From assembly GCA_964016885.1 (NCBI GenBank), contig OZ024746.1, positions 65,782,001 to 65,846,000 of the forward strand: a stretch of DNA of 64,000 bases. Direction: 5' to 3'. Every line of letters starts with the position of its first letter. Position 1 is the stretch's first letter. This stretch comes from Eledone cirrhosa. Lineage: Eukaryota. The notes below the pieces were generated by a model, which did not search any database, had not been told where the DNA came from, and saw nothing but the letters and a program-made list of their open reading frames with translations. The position numbers and the translations under genes were made by a program. Positions 26,263-40,080 of this stretch are shown piece after piece.

Positions 26263-28258
26263 TATTTTTTAAATATTGATATTTTCAAAATGTAGTATAC
26301 CGTATAATGCAAAAACAAATCTTAGATAATTTACTTAACATAATTATGTATTATACTTTATCTACAAATGTAATTTCGCATCTTTATTTCATAATATATA
26401 GTTACCCTAACTGCATGTTATAATTGAATTACTGTTATTAAAATTCCAATATGCCTTCTCCTTCCCACGTTACGTTACTTCCAAACTGTACGATCACTAT
26501 ACGTTTAAAATATTTTTTATCAATCTATTCTTCATTTATAGAAGTTAAAAATTGAAATATCATTATGTTAAATATACCTAATCCTGCTTTATTTTAATAA
26601 TCATAAATGTGAAGCATGCGTCTGTGTATGTGTGCATGTTATCATCTATCTGGCTTTCTTCTTTTGAACCATATTCAATGGGGATATTCTTTTAGAATTA
26701 ATTTAATATAGGACTGATTGAAATATGTGGTTTAAAATAACTATATCTTTCTACCGGGTCCTCGCTGTTATAGTGAAACACTACGTTTGTAGCTGCCTAT
26801 CTGTTCATAATATCTTAATTCAACTCTAAAGACAAGCGAAATATATAAAAGAAAACCGATATATATATTTTTATTTTGAAGAAATTTACAAATGTGTTCT
26901 TTTTTTTTTACTATCGGAAATTGAATATATAATGTGAAATATATAAGTACAGGGTGCTTATTGGAGAATAACGCTGTATAATCCCATTGAATATAGACTC
27001 AAATGAATGCTTGACTTTAAAAGCGAATTTAATGTTCTACCATCTAATATCGCGTGTTAGTTTACAAGGTCGATAGGTGTATGTAAACCTAGCAGCGGTA
27101 TCTTCAATAAGTTATATTGCCTGCATACATCAATAAAATCAATATTTTGTGTTAACATAATTGTTAACTGCCAGCGAGCACGTAAAAAGCTGACATTTCC
27201 AAAGAAATAAGCAAACGATCACACACATTGATGTATCTTCGACATACTTAATATGTTTATAAAGAACATATTTAGTGGTATAAAGAAACTGTAGTGTGTC
27301 TAAAATATTGACTTCTCCATATCAAATGACATTATTGACTGCAATAAATTACAATGATAGTTTTTGTCAATTACAGAGCTATTGATTGATTTAATGCGCA
27401 AAGCCGATGACAAATCAAATAACCAAAAGATTGTTGGCCTTGTCTTCACTATGAAATAACAGACATATTTCAAATATATAATGAAATCATAAATTGGCAA
27501 AAGTTGATAGGCAAAGGAATGATAGGTAATCAACGTGTCGTATACTATGATTTAAAGTAATATCTATAGTAGATTTTTCACAACAAATAGTTTACAGTTA
27601 CCCGATAAAGCATTCCCTCTTCTGTCTCCTGCCTCCTTACTTTCATTTAATGCATTTATAAAAGTAGTTTAATGCAATAATCTTCATTTCTCTTGATGGG
27701 GATAAAGGCAGAAATCCATAGTGAAAGAAAAATAACATGCTAGACAATCACTCTTATCCCTACACCGAATTAAATTTCTGAATTCGACACTTTCGGAAAC
27801 CACTTAACTAATGAACACTGAACAATTTAGAGGATTACAATTCAAATGTCAAGCTGACGTTAAAACTAGAAATTTTCCTGCTAAAATATACTTTTTATAT
27901 ATTTGATTTAACTTGTTCAGACGTCTCTAAAATTACCAGAAACAATGATAAAAAAAGATCTAAAAGGTGTGGTTAGTAGGATATCCACTATTCTAACAGA
28001 AATGAATGCCTTTTCTGAAATAATGTTCTTTCGAAGAATCTTTAATTACAACCTAGTGGAAATACGCTATATCAATCAGAACTTGTTTCTGGTATCTATT
28101 GAATGGATTTCTAATAATACGTACTCAAATCTCGATAGGCTTGTATTTAATTTAGCATGGGCTCATTAACGTATACGCACACACTTGCACCCAGAAACAG
28201 ACACACGATGTATATATATATAAATAAATAAACATATATATATATATATAAATAAATA

Positions 28259-28322
<64 letters not shown>

Positions 28323-28414
28323 TAGATATATGCAAAAGTTCCATTTAAAAATGTTGGGATACAACAAGTAAATATTTTTATAACTGATATAAAGCACTCG
28401 ACAAGTATTCTTAT

Positions 28415-28678
28415 CTATACAGGGAGGTTTTTGAAAAGGGTATGTTTGCTAATAAGTGTTTTTATGGAGGTACCTGGTCGTTCTACTATCTTAATATTGA
28501 GTATATGTTTATCTAGGGCCCTTCTAAATTTGTAAGCTAATTCACCTCTAGGGGTTGTATCGATGAACATCACACTCTGGTATTTATTGCTATCATACCA
28601 TGAGTTTATTCTATTAGCCTTATTCCTAGTTCTTTCTATTCTATTCCAAAATTTGCTCCTACACAAGGGGCAGGTCCC
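28415..28678 (-). mobile_element. Penelope-like element ORF fragment (RT thumb to endonuclease linker)
   Basis: CPLCRSKFWNRIERTRNKANRINSWY...QSVMFIDTTPRGELA...IKIVERPGTSIKTLI resembles the PLYR...WY...V-F-P-TP--EL...IKVVE--G region of PLE ORFs. Recognised from memory, not searched. Confidence 0.6.
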
Positions 28679-28757
28679 AACACATGACCCCGTCCGAGAA
28701 TTGAACTCACAACCTTTCGATTGCAAGCCTACTGCTCTAACCACTAAGCCATGCGCC

Positions 28758-28760
<3 letters not shown>
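28678..28760 (-). mobile_element. Inverted 5' (tRNA-like) portion of a second SINE family
   Basis: Reverse complement of 28848-28930 with few differences. Confidence 0.8.
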
Positions 28761-28847
<87 letters not shown>

Positions 28848-28849
<2 letters not shown>

Positions 28850-29130
28850 AAGGCACATGGCTTAGTGGTTAGAGCAGTAGGCTTGCAATGGAAAGGTTGT
28901 GAGTTCAATTTTCGGACCGGGTGGTGTGTTGTTTCCTTGAGCAAGACACTTAATTTCACGTTGCTCCAGTTTACTCACCTGAAAATGAGTACCAGCAATA
29001 GCTGGAGGTTTAACCCTGCGATGGACTGGCGTCCGGTCCAGGCGGGTGTCTTGTACTCTCAGTCGTTTCACGCCATGAAACCGGGATAAGCACCGGCGAA
29101 ATGACCCTTCTGGCTTAAGACATACTTACG
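28848..29130 (+). mobile_element. Second SINE family: tRNA-like head plus CORE-like central domain
   Basis: A-box TGGCTTAGTGG, B-box-like GAGTTCAATT, then TCCTTGAGCAAGACACTTAA...CCAGTTTACTCACCTGAAAATGAG. Confidence 0.75.
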
Positions 29131-29407
29131 CCTATTAGCCTGCCCCCCAAATTTACACGGAATTTGCGTTACATTTTGCTTTTTCGGTGAATTTCTACAT
29201 ATATCTATTTAACGAAGGAATTGTGGTAAGCGACCAGATGGACCATAACGTACCAACGTAGCCAATACTTAGGGTAGTAGAGTGGATCTTAAATGTCGGG
29301 TCTTACTTGTTCCTATATATATATATATACCCCTAAATAAATACATATATATTTATTTTATATATATGTATGTATACGCGTGCGTGTGTGAGTGTATATA
29401 TATATAT

Positions 29408-30245
29408 GAATAAAAATAGACAAGGGGTAAAATGTCCTCTTCAGTAGTCTGCTGATTATTATTGGTATTTCGACGCATTAAAGACTAGATACCTAAAATC
29501 ATTGCGAGCGATAACTCAATTAAGTTATCGGGACAGTGGAAAAACAGAGGGAAGGAAACAAACACATGCAACGTAAAGAGAGGAAAATAAAGACAAGTCA
29601 ATGAATCCTGTGGGCTTAAGCCAGACAAATCAAATTGACGAGGAGAAATAGACACGTCCGAGCCGCGAGAAAATTGAGAGAGGAAAGAAATTCAAGCAGG
29701 TAAGACGGGAGGAGGTGAGAGGGGGAGAAGCAGAGAGGGAGTGAGTGAAAGTGGGAGGAAGGGGCCACCCGAGAGTGAGTGACCAACAGTGGGAGTTGAG
29801 GAAGGCAAGAGGTGAAGGAGAGAGAAAAGGTGATAGCAGTAAAGTGACAGAAAAACTACGAACCACAGCGAAGGGAAAAAATATGTGAATGAAGAATGGC
29901 GTGCTGCGTTGTTGCGAACATGAACATATGAATTTAAATAGACAAGGGGTAAAATGTCCTCTTCAGTAGTCTGCTGATTATCGTTGGTATTTCAACGCAT
30001 TAAAGACTAGATACCTAAAATCAGTGCGAGCGATAACACATGGTTGTATGGAACGTAAAGAGAGGAAAATAGAGACAAGTCAATGAATCATGTGGGCTTA
30101 AGCCCGACAAATGAAATTGACGAGAAGAAATAGACACGTCCGAGCCGCGAGAAGATTGAGAGAGGAAAGAAATTCAAGCAGGTAAGACGGGAGGAAATGA
30201 GAGGACGGGGGGGGGGGGGCAGAGAGGGAGGGAGTGAAATGGGAG
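29408..30245 (-). mobile_element. Partial tandem duplication element (offset about 522 bp) with two pseudoknotted motifs
   Basis: About 29415-29755 is repeated at about 29937-30245, with an internal deletion in the second unit. Abuts (TA)n on the left. Confidence 0.75.
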
Positions 30246-30859
30246 AAATGTTTGCTTTATAGAATTATACACTTAACAATATTAAACATGCGAGTGGTAT
30301 ATTCAATATCGAGTTTAGACTCAAAATAGTTAAGTATTATTAATCATTATTAATTGATAATAGTGACAGTTTTGAAATTATCATGGAGATCATACCTTCT
30401 TTAAATGTGACTTGAGATGTCAATATCGGCGACAGAACATCGAAGTAAACAGTGGCCCGAGATGCATGGTGGTAATGTCGAACAACGTACTTACAAAGGG
30501 ATTTTGTTAAACACATGGCTACTGCTGTGCATATGTATAAATATGTTTGGCAATTATATCAAATTAAACGTGATCTTTTGAAATGAGGGTCATACTTGAA
30601 TTATCAATATTGCTGAATTAATATATTTAATTAATAATTATCATTGTTCTAATTTATTTAAGAATAATTATTATTTTAATTATGATCCTAAACAGATAGA
30701 GATAATCAAAAGTAAATGCCTTTCTATATTATATATGCATATCTATACTATATATGCAGAAGCGCTGGAACTGCGCGGTCCAACAAATAATTATATTTTT
30801 CTCCCCAAACTACCAAAACACTCGTCTATTTGTATATGCCTTACACTGTATGTACATGT

Positions 30860-32130
30860 TATGTAGAGATAGATGGGAGAGATAGATGTAGAGAGGGGGA
30901 GAGTTTGGTGGTAATTGATATAGAGAGGAATGTTGGGAGAATGTGTTGTATAGAGAGGGGGAGATATTGATGTTTATTGTTATAGTGAGGGGGTATTGGA
31001 AAATAGTTCCGTGTAGTAGATATAGAGAGGGGGGGGGGCGTTTCGCGCAACTTGATATAGAGAGGGGTGTTGGGAGAGAGTGTTGTATGGTTGTTAGTGA
31101 CTGGGGGAGAGATTAGTGGTAATGAATAGATGAGAGGATTGATAGAGATAGGTATTGATAGATATGGAGAGGCGGTACTTTGGTGGTAATTGATACAGAG
31201 AGAGGGATTTGAAGAGAGTTCGTGTAGTATATATAGAGAGGGGTAGCGTTTGGTGTCATTTGATCTAGAGATGGGATTGCGAGAGACTGTTGTATGGTAG
31301 ATATAGAGAGGAGGATAGTTTGATAGTAATTTATATAGTGAGTCGGATTGGAAGCGAATACAGTGTAGCAGAGATAGAGAGGGTGAGATTTTGGTGTTAA
31401 AAGATATTGAGGGAGAGGGATTTGAAGAGAGTTCCCTGTAGCATATATAGAGAAGGGGAGAGTTTGGCGTTACTTATTATAGAAAGGTGTTTTGGGAGAG
31501 TGTGTTGTATGGTTACTGTAGAGAGGGAGAGGACTGATAGAGATAGGTATTGATATATATAGGGAGGGGGAGAGTTCGGTAGTGATTGATAGAGTGGGAT
31601 GGAATGAGAGTTCCGTATGGTAGATAGAGAGAGGGTGAGAGTTTGGTGGTAATTGATATAGAGAGGGGGGTTGGAAAGGAATACCGTGTAGTAGATATAG
31701 ACAGAGGAAGATTTCAATGCTTGTAGATATAATGAGGGTGTTGGGAGATAAATATTGTTAAATATATAGAGGTGGCCGTGTCGTAAAAGATATAGAGAGG
31801 GTAGTTTGTGATGGATAGAGAAAGAAGGATTACGACAGAGTGTAATAGGGATGGCGATGGGGAGAGTTTGGAGATGATTGATATAAAGAGGGAGATTGGG
31901 ATAGTGTTTTGTATGTTAGATATACAGAGAGAGAGAGAATTTGGTGGTTGTAGATATATATATAGAGGGATAATGGAAAAGTGCTTATATGTATATAGGG
32001 AGGTAAGAGAGTCGGTGTCATGGTAGATATAGAGAGGGGCCGTGTTTGGTTTTAGTAGATACAGGGGGGGGGGGGGGGGCTAAAAGAGAGTTTATGTAAC
32101 AGGCATAGAGTGGAGGAGAATTTGGTGGTA
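30860..32130. repeat. Degenerate purine-rich minisatellite
   Basis: Recurrent ~30-bp units such as GATATAGAGAGGGGGAGAGTTTGGTGGTAATT, with very few C on the plus strand. Confidence 0.85.
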
Positions 32131-32269
32131 CTCTCGCATCCCAAAAGTATATACCGATGTAGAGTTTAAATATGTAATTATTATGGCTAAGGGATGAGTC
32201 TTGTTACTTTAGAGCCTCATGTGGTTACTCATAGGACCATCATACAAGACTGGCATTAGAGTAACAATG

Positions 32270-32307
<38 letters not shown>

Positions 32308-32314
32308 ATATATA

Positions 32315-32669
32315 ATAACTGGAAATTGATTAACATAAATAAACATGAATAATCACAGGAGATAATTTTTACAAGTGTGTAACCACACACAGCTAGGTAG
32401 GAAACTAAATAAAGTTAACCAGAACTTCAAAAATAGATACTTTTGAAGTTCTGGTTAACTTTATTTAGTTACCTACCTAGCTATGTGTGCTTACACACTT
32501 GTAAAAGTTATCTCCTGTGATTATTCATGTTTATTTATATGTTAATCAATTTCCAGTTATAAAATGCTCGGACCTATTCGTTAGAATCTTAAAGCTTTTT
32601 TGCGGGTGATATTGCATGACACCCATAATTTTGATTTAGATTAAATTCATTTTGATTTATCTTAATTTT

Positions 32670-32672
<3 letters not shown>
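32315..32672. mobile_element. Palindromic (TA)n-flanked element
   Basis: Arms 32315-32432 and 32441-32560, 8-nt spacer, ~110-nt unpaired right extension. Confidence 0.75.
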
Positions 32673-32717
<45 letters not shown>

Positions 32718-32802
32718 GAGGTGAAGAAATTTGGTATAATACCAGTTTCTTACCAAATGCGAAGAAGCTCGATATATTAGGAACGAGTGGAGAGCCTAAT
32801 TT

Positions 32803-32862
<60 letters not shown>

Positions 32863-32893
32863 GTGGTGGTGGAACTGCATATATATGAATATA

Positions 32894-33102
32894 TATAAAC
32901 GTTTGTATATGTATAATAAAGCCAAAACAATGCAGGTATGGACATAGAATAAAGAATGCAAATGCAAAAGATATTGTTGACAATATTTTTGTATTTGCAT
33001 TCTTTATTCTATGTCCATACCTGCATTGTTTTGGCTTTATTATACATATACAAACGCTTATATCTCATTACACAATGCTTCAAGTGAACTATAACTTCCT
33101 CC

Positions 33103-33103
<1 letters not shown>
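32894..33103. mobile_element. Palindromic element, three-copy family (copy 2)
   Basis: Same sequence as 25138-25401, but folded with almost no spacer near 32978; same tail. Confidence 0.8.
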
Positions 33104-33171
<68 letters not shown>

Positions 33172-33173
<2 letters not shown>

Positions 33174-33431
33174 AAATTAGAAATTATAAGCTTTCACCGT
33201 ATTTTAGACTAAAAAAATGTCTAGCCTGATAGTGGGGTTTATAACCCTCGGAGAAATGGAAAAAGATACAGCAACACTAATCTTTTTCCATTTCCCCGAG
33301 GGTTAAAAACCCCTCTATCAGGCTAGACATTTCCTTAGTCTAAAATACGGTGAAAGCTTATAATTTCTAATTTCTAATTTCAAACTCGCGCACCGTTTCA
33401 AAAACATACATGTTTACGTTTATAATTTGCT

Positions 33432-33433
<2 letters not shown>
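33172..33433. mobile_element. Palindromic (TA)n-flanked element
   Basis: Arms 33173-33267 and 33280-33374, 12-nt spacer, ~55-nt right extension. Confidence 0.75.
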
Positions 33434-33503
<70 letters not shown>

Positions 33504-33505
<2 letters not shown>

Positions 33506-33733
33506 GTGGCGGTGGAACTGCTGGAGGCATGATTATAACTATATATTTTCACCCCAAACTAACAAAACAAATTTCTGTTTGGATATGCGCTACAATTTAT
33601 GTGCATGTTATGTCTATCGCATATTGAAGTGTTCTGACCATTTTAGAGAGCAAAGAGCTAAAATAATCACTACAACTAAATTGACCAAATGTGCCTTCCC
33701 CCTTCCAATTCAGAAATGTTTCCACCGCCATTG
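33504..33733. mobile_element. MITE (non-autonomous DNA transposon)
   Basis: 14-bp TIRs CAGTGGCGGTGGAA / TTCCACCGCCATTG (1 mismatch), ATATG on both sides. An isolated similar end lies at about 32861-32878. Confidence 0.6.
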
Positions 33734-33844
33734 ATATGCCTAGTGCTTTTAAATAATTGTCACAAACGGAATTGATTTTGAGGATCTAAAGTAAAATAGT
33801 CGTGTTGTGAATATTGTTTTACCTACCATTATGTAAGAGAACAG

Positions 33845-33946
33845 TCCCGCCGAGGTTAACTTCGCCTTTCATCCTTACGGGGTCGATAAATAAAGTACCA
33901 GTAATGCACTGGGTTATTTACTGGCCTTGTGCCAAAAGTAGAAACA
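33845..33946 (+). mobile_element. 5'-truncated SINE with 15-bp TSD
   Basis: ATTATGTAAGAGAAC at 33828-33842 and 33947-33961. Confidence 0.9.
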
Positions 33947-34310
33947 ATTATGTAAGAGAACCTAGTTTATTGTGTAAATGACAGGAGTAAATGCATCACA
34001 CGCATTAACACCTTATTAACATATCAAATACATGATATATAAAATCTTTCGGCTTCGTGGCACTCAGTCATTATCAGATATAATTCCACAATATCAATAC
34101 TAAATATTTCATAATACTCATTTACACAGAAACGTACACTCACACACACACGCGTACACATACACTGTCACGAGTGTATATATGGGTGTTTGAATATTGT
34201 ATGTTTATATGCATATATGTACACGCGCACAAGCATTCACACATAAAAATATGAATGTATATGTGATTTTGTGTATGATCGCGCGCGTATACACGCACAC
34301 AGACACACAA

Positions 34311-34380
<70 letters not shown>

Positions 34381-34387
34381 AGACACA

Positions 34388-34833
<446 letters not shown>

Positions 34834-34945
34834 ATATATATATATATATATTTATTAAAATAACAGATTAAAGTTTAAGCAAAGAATCGCTGCTTTCACC
34901 CTTAACGGAATCTTCTGAAATATATATATATATTTATTTAATATA

Positions 34946-35050
34946 TAAATGACTTCTACAGGACTAGAACTGTTTGATTCGGGAGAAATCACCAGGGCTT
35001 CCTGATGATTTCTCCCGAATGAAACCTGTTCTAGTCCTGTAGAAGCCATT
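34946..35050. mobile_element. Short palindrome with degenerate hammerhead
   Basis: Arms at about 34946-34991 and 35006-35050. CTGATGA at 35002-35008 and GAAAC at 35021-35025; stems I and III are imperfect. Confidence 0.55.
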
Positions 35051-35802
35051 TAAATATGTGTTAAATATTTACACAGTTTTGTATTGAGTATCTTAATTTC
35101 TGTGGTTACCCTCGATTGAATCCGGGATAAACTTATTTTATATATGCCTGCGGTGTGTTTGATATATTGTTAAACAGAATGATGTGCAAGTCTTCAGAAA
35201 ACTTGCGCCACACATTTTTTATGTACATGCATGAATTTCATTTATAATCTAAGATCCCACGTTTCAGTTTTCATTGTGGGAATTAACATATGCATATAAC
35301 TTTGTAGGAGAAACAACTTCTGTGACAACTTTAACAGGATGTCTCTGAATCCCGTTATCGATGCTGAACAATGAAATCAGCTTCACACATCCTGAAAACC
35401 ACAAACTTACTTATATTCGATAAAGTTATAAACAAGTGCAATCATACCAATTTATGAAAAACTTTTCAGAATAGAAGCAGTTAATGTATCGTTCGTATAT
35501 ATTTAGTCAAATTGGTATAAATGCTAGATATGATGTTCAAAATAAAAAAAAGTCTAACTTACTTGTCAGTGATGACTTCAAAAATTATTTTATGTTTCAT
35601 ACACTGAATCTGATTCTCTCCCCAAACGCTATATTTCTCAAACTTTGCTCAGTAGCGTCGATTAGGTTCTTTCCCCTCTCTCTCCCTCTTTCTATCTTTA
35701 CCTCTCTATCTCCACACGCACACACACATTCACACATACAAACATGCATCTACACATGCACATAATTAGTTATATACATAAAATACATGCGTGTACTTAT
35801 GT

Positions 35803-35873
<71 letters not shown>

Positions 35874-35883
35874 CACACATATG

Positions 35884-35949
<66 letters not shown>

Positions 35950-36771
35950 TAACATATTATGCATACATATATATATATATTTATATATGTATGTGTAAAT
36001 ATACATACATAAATATATATATTTGTGTACGTGTTTATGTGAAAATGGTGAGTAAGAAAGAGAGAGAAAGAGAGAGAGATGAAGAGAGAAAGAGTAAGAG
36101 AGAGAGAGAGGGAGAGAGATAGATAGAGAGGGGAGGATACTATGTGTTTAAGTATATTTATACGCAAACGAATAAGCAATATAAGTAAATGTTCAAATAT
36201 TAGTTACACGTTGGAATATTCTAAGGTTTCCAGCTCAAAAGAGATGAAAGCGAATGTTGTACCAAGTGTGATTTAAATGTTATCCATGCTGAATATATAT
36301 ATATATATATATTTGTGTATATACATGCGAGTATATATGTATGTAAATACGTGAGAACTTTTCTTTCATGTGCGTTATATTGATTTCAAATTTAGGTGCA
36401 AGATCAACAAATTTGTGGGAAGCGACAACTTAATTAAATCAACCCAGTATTTGATGGTATTTTATTTTATTGACCCCAGAAGGCTGAATGTCAAAGACGA
36501 CTCTGGTCCGATTTGATTTTAGTGTGTAAAGAGACGAAATATATAGTGCTATTTCAAATTAACTCTAAGTCTGTTACGTCAGAACTATTTGCAGTTGAAT
36601 ATGACCAGCAAACATTTTATAAGCAAAAGATAGATAAGCGTTTGCTTATTTTCCTCTTAGTAACGAGTGAGAAGACGTCACTGATGATAGATTGGAAAAA
36701 CCTAGTGTCAAGCCTTCTAATACGGCCACTGGGTTAGCTGTGACATTGCACTGGTTAAAACTCCCCTAGTG

Positions 36772-36857
<86 letters not shown>

Positions 36858-36860
<3 letters not shown>

Positions 36861-37314
36861 ATAGTGTTGAAGTTTGCTTGAAGCATTGTGGAATAATAAA
36901 ATTGATAGTTTTGGAAGCCTCAACAATATAGGTGAGTAAATATCCGGGTAACAGAATCAGGTGGTGATGAGAGAGATGTAAGAGGAATTGTAGAGTGAGA
37001 GGTATATGGTGTAGAGGATCGTAGGTAAGAGTGTAAAAATAATAACAGAATATAGAGTTACCTTGGAACTAATTTAATTGTCCTTAAATTTCGTATTTCG
37101 CATCCATCAACATAGGGGTTTCCGATGGGGAAAGTTTTATAAATCACTTCCTTAGTAACTCTATATCATATTATTATTTTTACACACTTTCCTACGTTCC
37201 TCTACACCCTATACATCTCACTCTACATTTCCTCTTACATCTCTCTCATTCTCACCTGATGCTGATACCCGGAGATTTACCCATCTGCATTGTTGAGGCT
37301 TCCAAAACGACCAA

Positions 37315-37316
<2 letters not shown>
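36858..37316. mobile_element. Older, diverged palindromic (TA)n-flanked element
   Basis: Arms at about 36903-37075 and 37141-37316 with many substitutions; ~45-nt left extension. Confidence 0.7.
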
Positions 37317-37361
<45 letters not shown>

Positions 37362-39721
37362 GTGTGTGTGTGTGTGTGTGGAGAGAGAGAATATGGAAAA
37401 TGCGAAGTAGACGTTAAAGTGTCCTTTATTAACAAAACTGTGATACATATTTCAATTACGATCGTGGCTATGCGATTGCTGAGTCATGTAACCAGTCATG
37501 CGATCTCATAAGACAGCATCATTATGTAATAACGTTTCCGAGGCAATCTAATTTAAAGACAATCGAACGAACAAAAATGATATTTTCATAACCTGACATT
37601 GGCTATGAAAACATCGTTTTTCTGCTATAGTTTCTTGCTCCCCAAAACGTTGTGAGTTATATTTGGAAGATAGTCTATTTGTCGAAGCTCTTCAGTGATA
37701 TATTTTATTCCACTCCTAGTTTAACAAAATCATCGTGCCCAGAAATATAATTCGAGCTGCCGATTGTGTTTCAAATATTTAAGCCGGCTTTCCAGGCTGA
37801 AGCAAATTCACTTCTGTCTTCTTACACGTTCAAATACATCAATATTTTCTAAATGCTGGGCGAAATTACAAACTTAAAAATATGTGTATGCTTTTCTGTC
37901 TAGTTCTCTCCCCCTTTCTCTCTGATGCGATTCCTCAGTTCTCGCTTATAATGTTTTCTATTTTCTGTTTTAATAGGTAATATTACGTTTTCCCAAAAGA
38001 AAACACACAAAAAACCCCGTGTGTTTGGACTTGGCCTTCTTAGTATCAGGATACAACTTGTTAGATTCAATCATTTCTCGGCATTACCTATGGTTTGATC
38101 TCAGCTAGGTATATGAAATTACTAATAAAATTTGCCCATGCACAGATTACATCTTATTTTATGCTAACCGTCTCTAGACATAACGGAGTGATCTAAGTTC
38201 GACTGGATATAAATGTCTATTGATTTGAGTTTTATTCGTTTGCTTTTTGCTATATACCGACCATCATTCATTACGTTTATATAATACAACGTACATTTAT
38301 TAAGTTAAAAGAAGACAAGTACATTATACTGTTTATCTGTATAATGTGTCCACATTCAGTATACAAAAACAAAACATAATCATCATTCATCGGTGGACTA
38401 GATTTCACCATATGAAGATGATACTGATTAAACTGTTGAAGGATTACCTAGGTCAACTGCTTCGTAGCTGGAGTTCATCTTCAAATGCTAGCTATCTGTT
38501 TAAGTGTCCTTCGCATAAAATTGGTTCTAACTATAACCAATTCATCATTACTATATGTTCCATTTTGTCTTGTATAATACTTCAACATTTGTGATAGGAT
38601 ATTAACACAATGTCTTCACCACGAACGTTCCACAGTATAAAACAATCTTATTTATAACATTCAAGTAGATATATAACTATGAATTAATTGTTTTATATGT
38701 TGAAGCTAATTCGGCTGAACATATAATAAATGGATGTACTCTATATATTTCATTCATGACACATGAGTCTGATCAAAAGCTGCCTTCTCTTTGAAAGACA
38801 TTCATTTTAATTCTCTTAATCATCACACACGCGAAAGACGAATAAAAAAGATTAATTCAACAATGTATTGTGTAAACTCATCTACTCCACTTACTTAATA
38901 CATGGGATGATTTATCATGCATTTATTTTACTCTAAAGAAAATTAGAGAAATTGAAGCACACTGTATCAAAACAATATTTTCCCTTACCCTAAAGAATTC
39001 AAAACTGATACAACTCAACTTCTTCTGATTAGATTAGATCACTCTATATAATCATGGAGGTGTTGAAGTAGTAGATATATTACTTGAATAGATTCACAGA
39101 GATGAGAGGCATCGGAGTATCGTTTGAATACAACCGAAGGGATTTAGTTTGAACATGAAGAAAATTGGTATTTTCCTAATAGCAATCGCTTGATACTAAA
39201 TTATAAAATTTATCTTACAATAGTGATGTTATTACTGAAATGATCTTATTAAAGTGTCAAGATTGATGAAATGAACTTTTAACAAAACCCTTTTAGACCA
39301 AAGTCCACTTTGCAAAGGCAAATAAATATAACAGGATACAAATATACAAAAGCACTAATGCACGATAAAATATTCTTCTTCCTGACTTTAACATCAAACA
39401 GGAGATCCAATAAATTTAACTGAAATGAAATTGCTGCTAGCATTCAATACATTTGTTGAGACGGTACATTACGTCCGCTACGTGCTTAGGAATATATGAT
39501 GACACAAATATGTGTATGTATTACCAACATACATCTCGAAATTTAATAGTGGCGGAAATCGCAATTTCTTTGCCCATATCTCGTTTCTAGACAGCTATTT
39601 AGATATCTATTTATATCTCCCTCTCCTCTCTCTCACTTTTCCTACACATACACACATAGACACACACACACGCACACATACACACACACAGACACACACA
39701 TACACACATATATATATATAT

Positions 39722-40080
39722 CTAGGGAATGTAACGTCCAGTTTCTGAGGTTCTCCAGAGGGAGCACTCGAAGCGTAGCTTCTAGTCTCGTATAAAGGTG
39801 TAGAACTGACGACTTGTTATGTCCTCATTATGTTTATTGAATAGGGACGTGCTTTTCGGTATTGATAAGCTCAAAGTTCGATCTGTATCGATGTAGCCCG
39901 TCTCTGGGATCAAAATCTCGGCGGACCTCTGCTGTGGCAATGTCAGGGATCCAAGGAGGGATCCGAGGAGCTCTTCATTCCAGAATCAGGCTAGATGGAT
40001 ACAGATATAACCTTGAGCTGATCAATAGCTAAACGTGCGTCACTATTCAATAAACGTAAAGAAGATATAACAAATCATTT
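39722..40080. mobile_element. Diverged inverted-repeat element with hammerhead 3' remnant
   Basis: Arms at about 39813-39898 and 39988-40073. (T)AAACGTGCGTC followed by AATAAA near 40030-40053. Confidence 0.55.

Noticed and set aside
28848-28922. tRNA-Cys gene (GCA anticodon-like loop)
   Set aside because: Acceptor and T stems do not pair well and the sequence continues into a SINE body, so it is treated as a SINE head.
29433-29535. Group I intron core (AATCAGCAG, AGACTA/TAGTC and TGCG..GAAA resemble the Q, R/S and P elements)
   Set aside because: The order of paired strands fits neither a group I core nor its circular permutation, and the resembling bases are not kept in the other copies.
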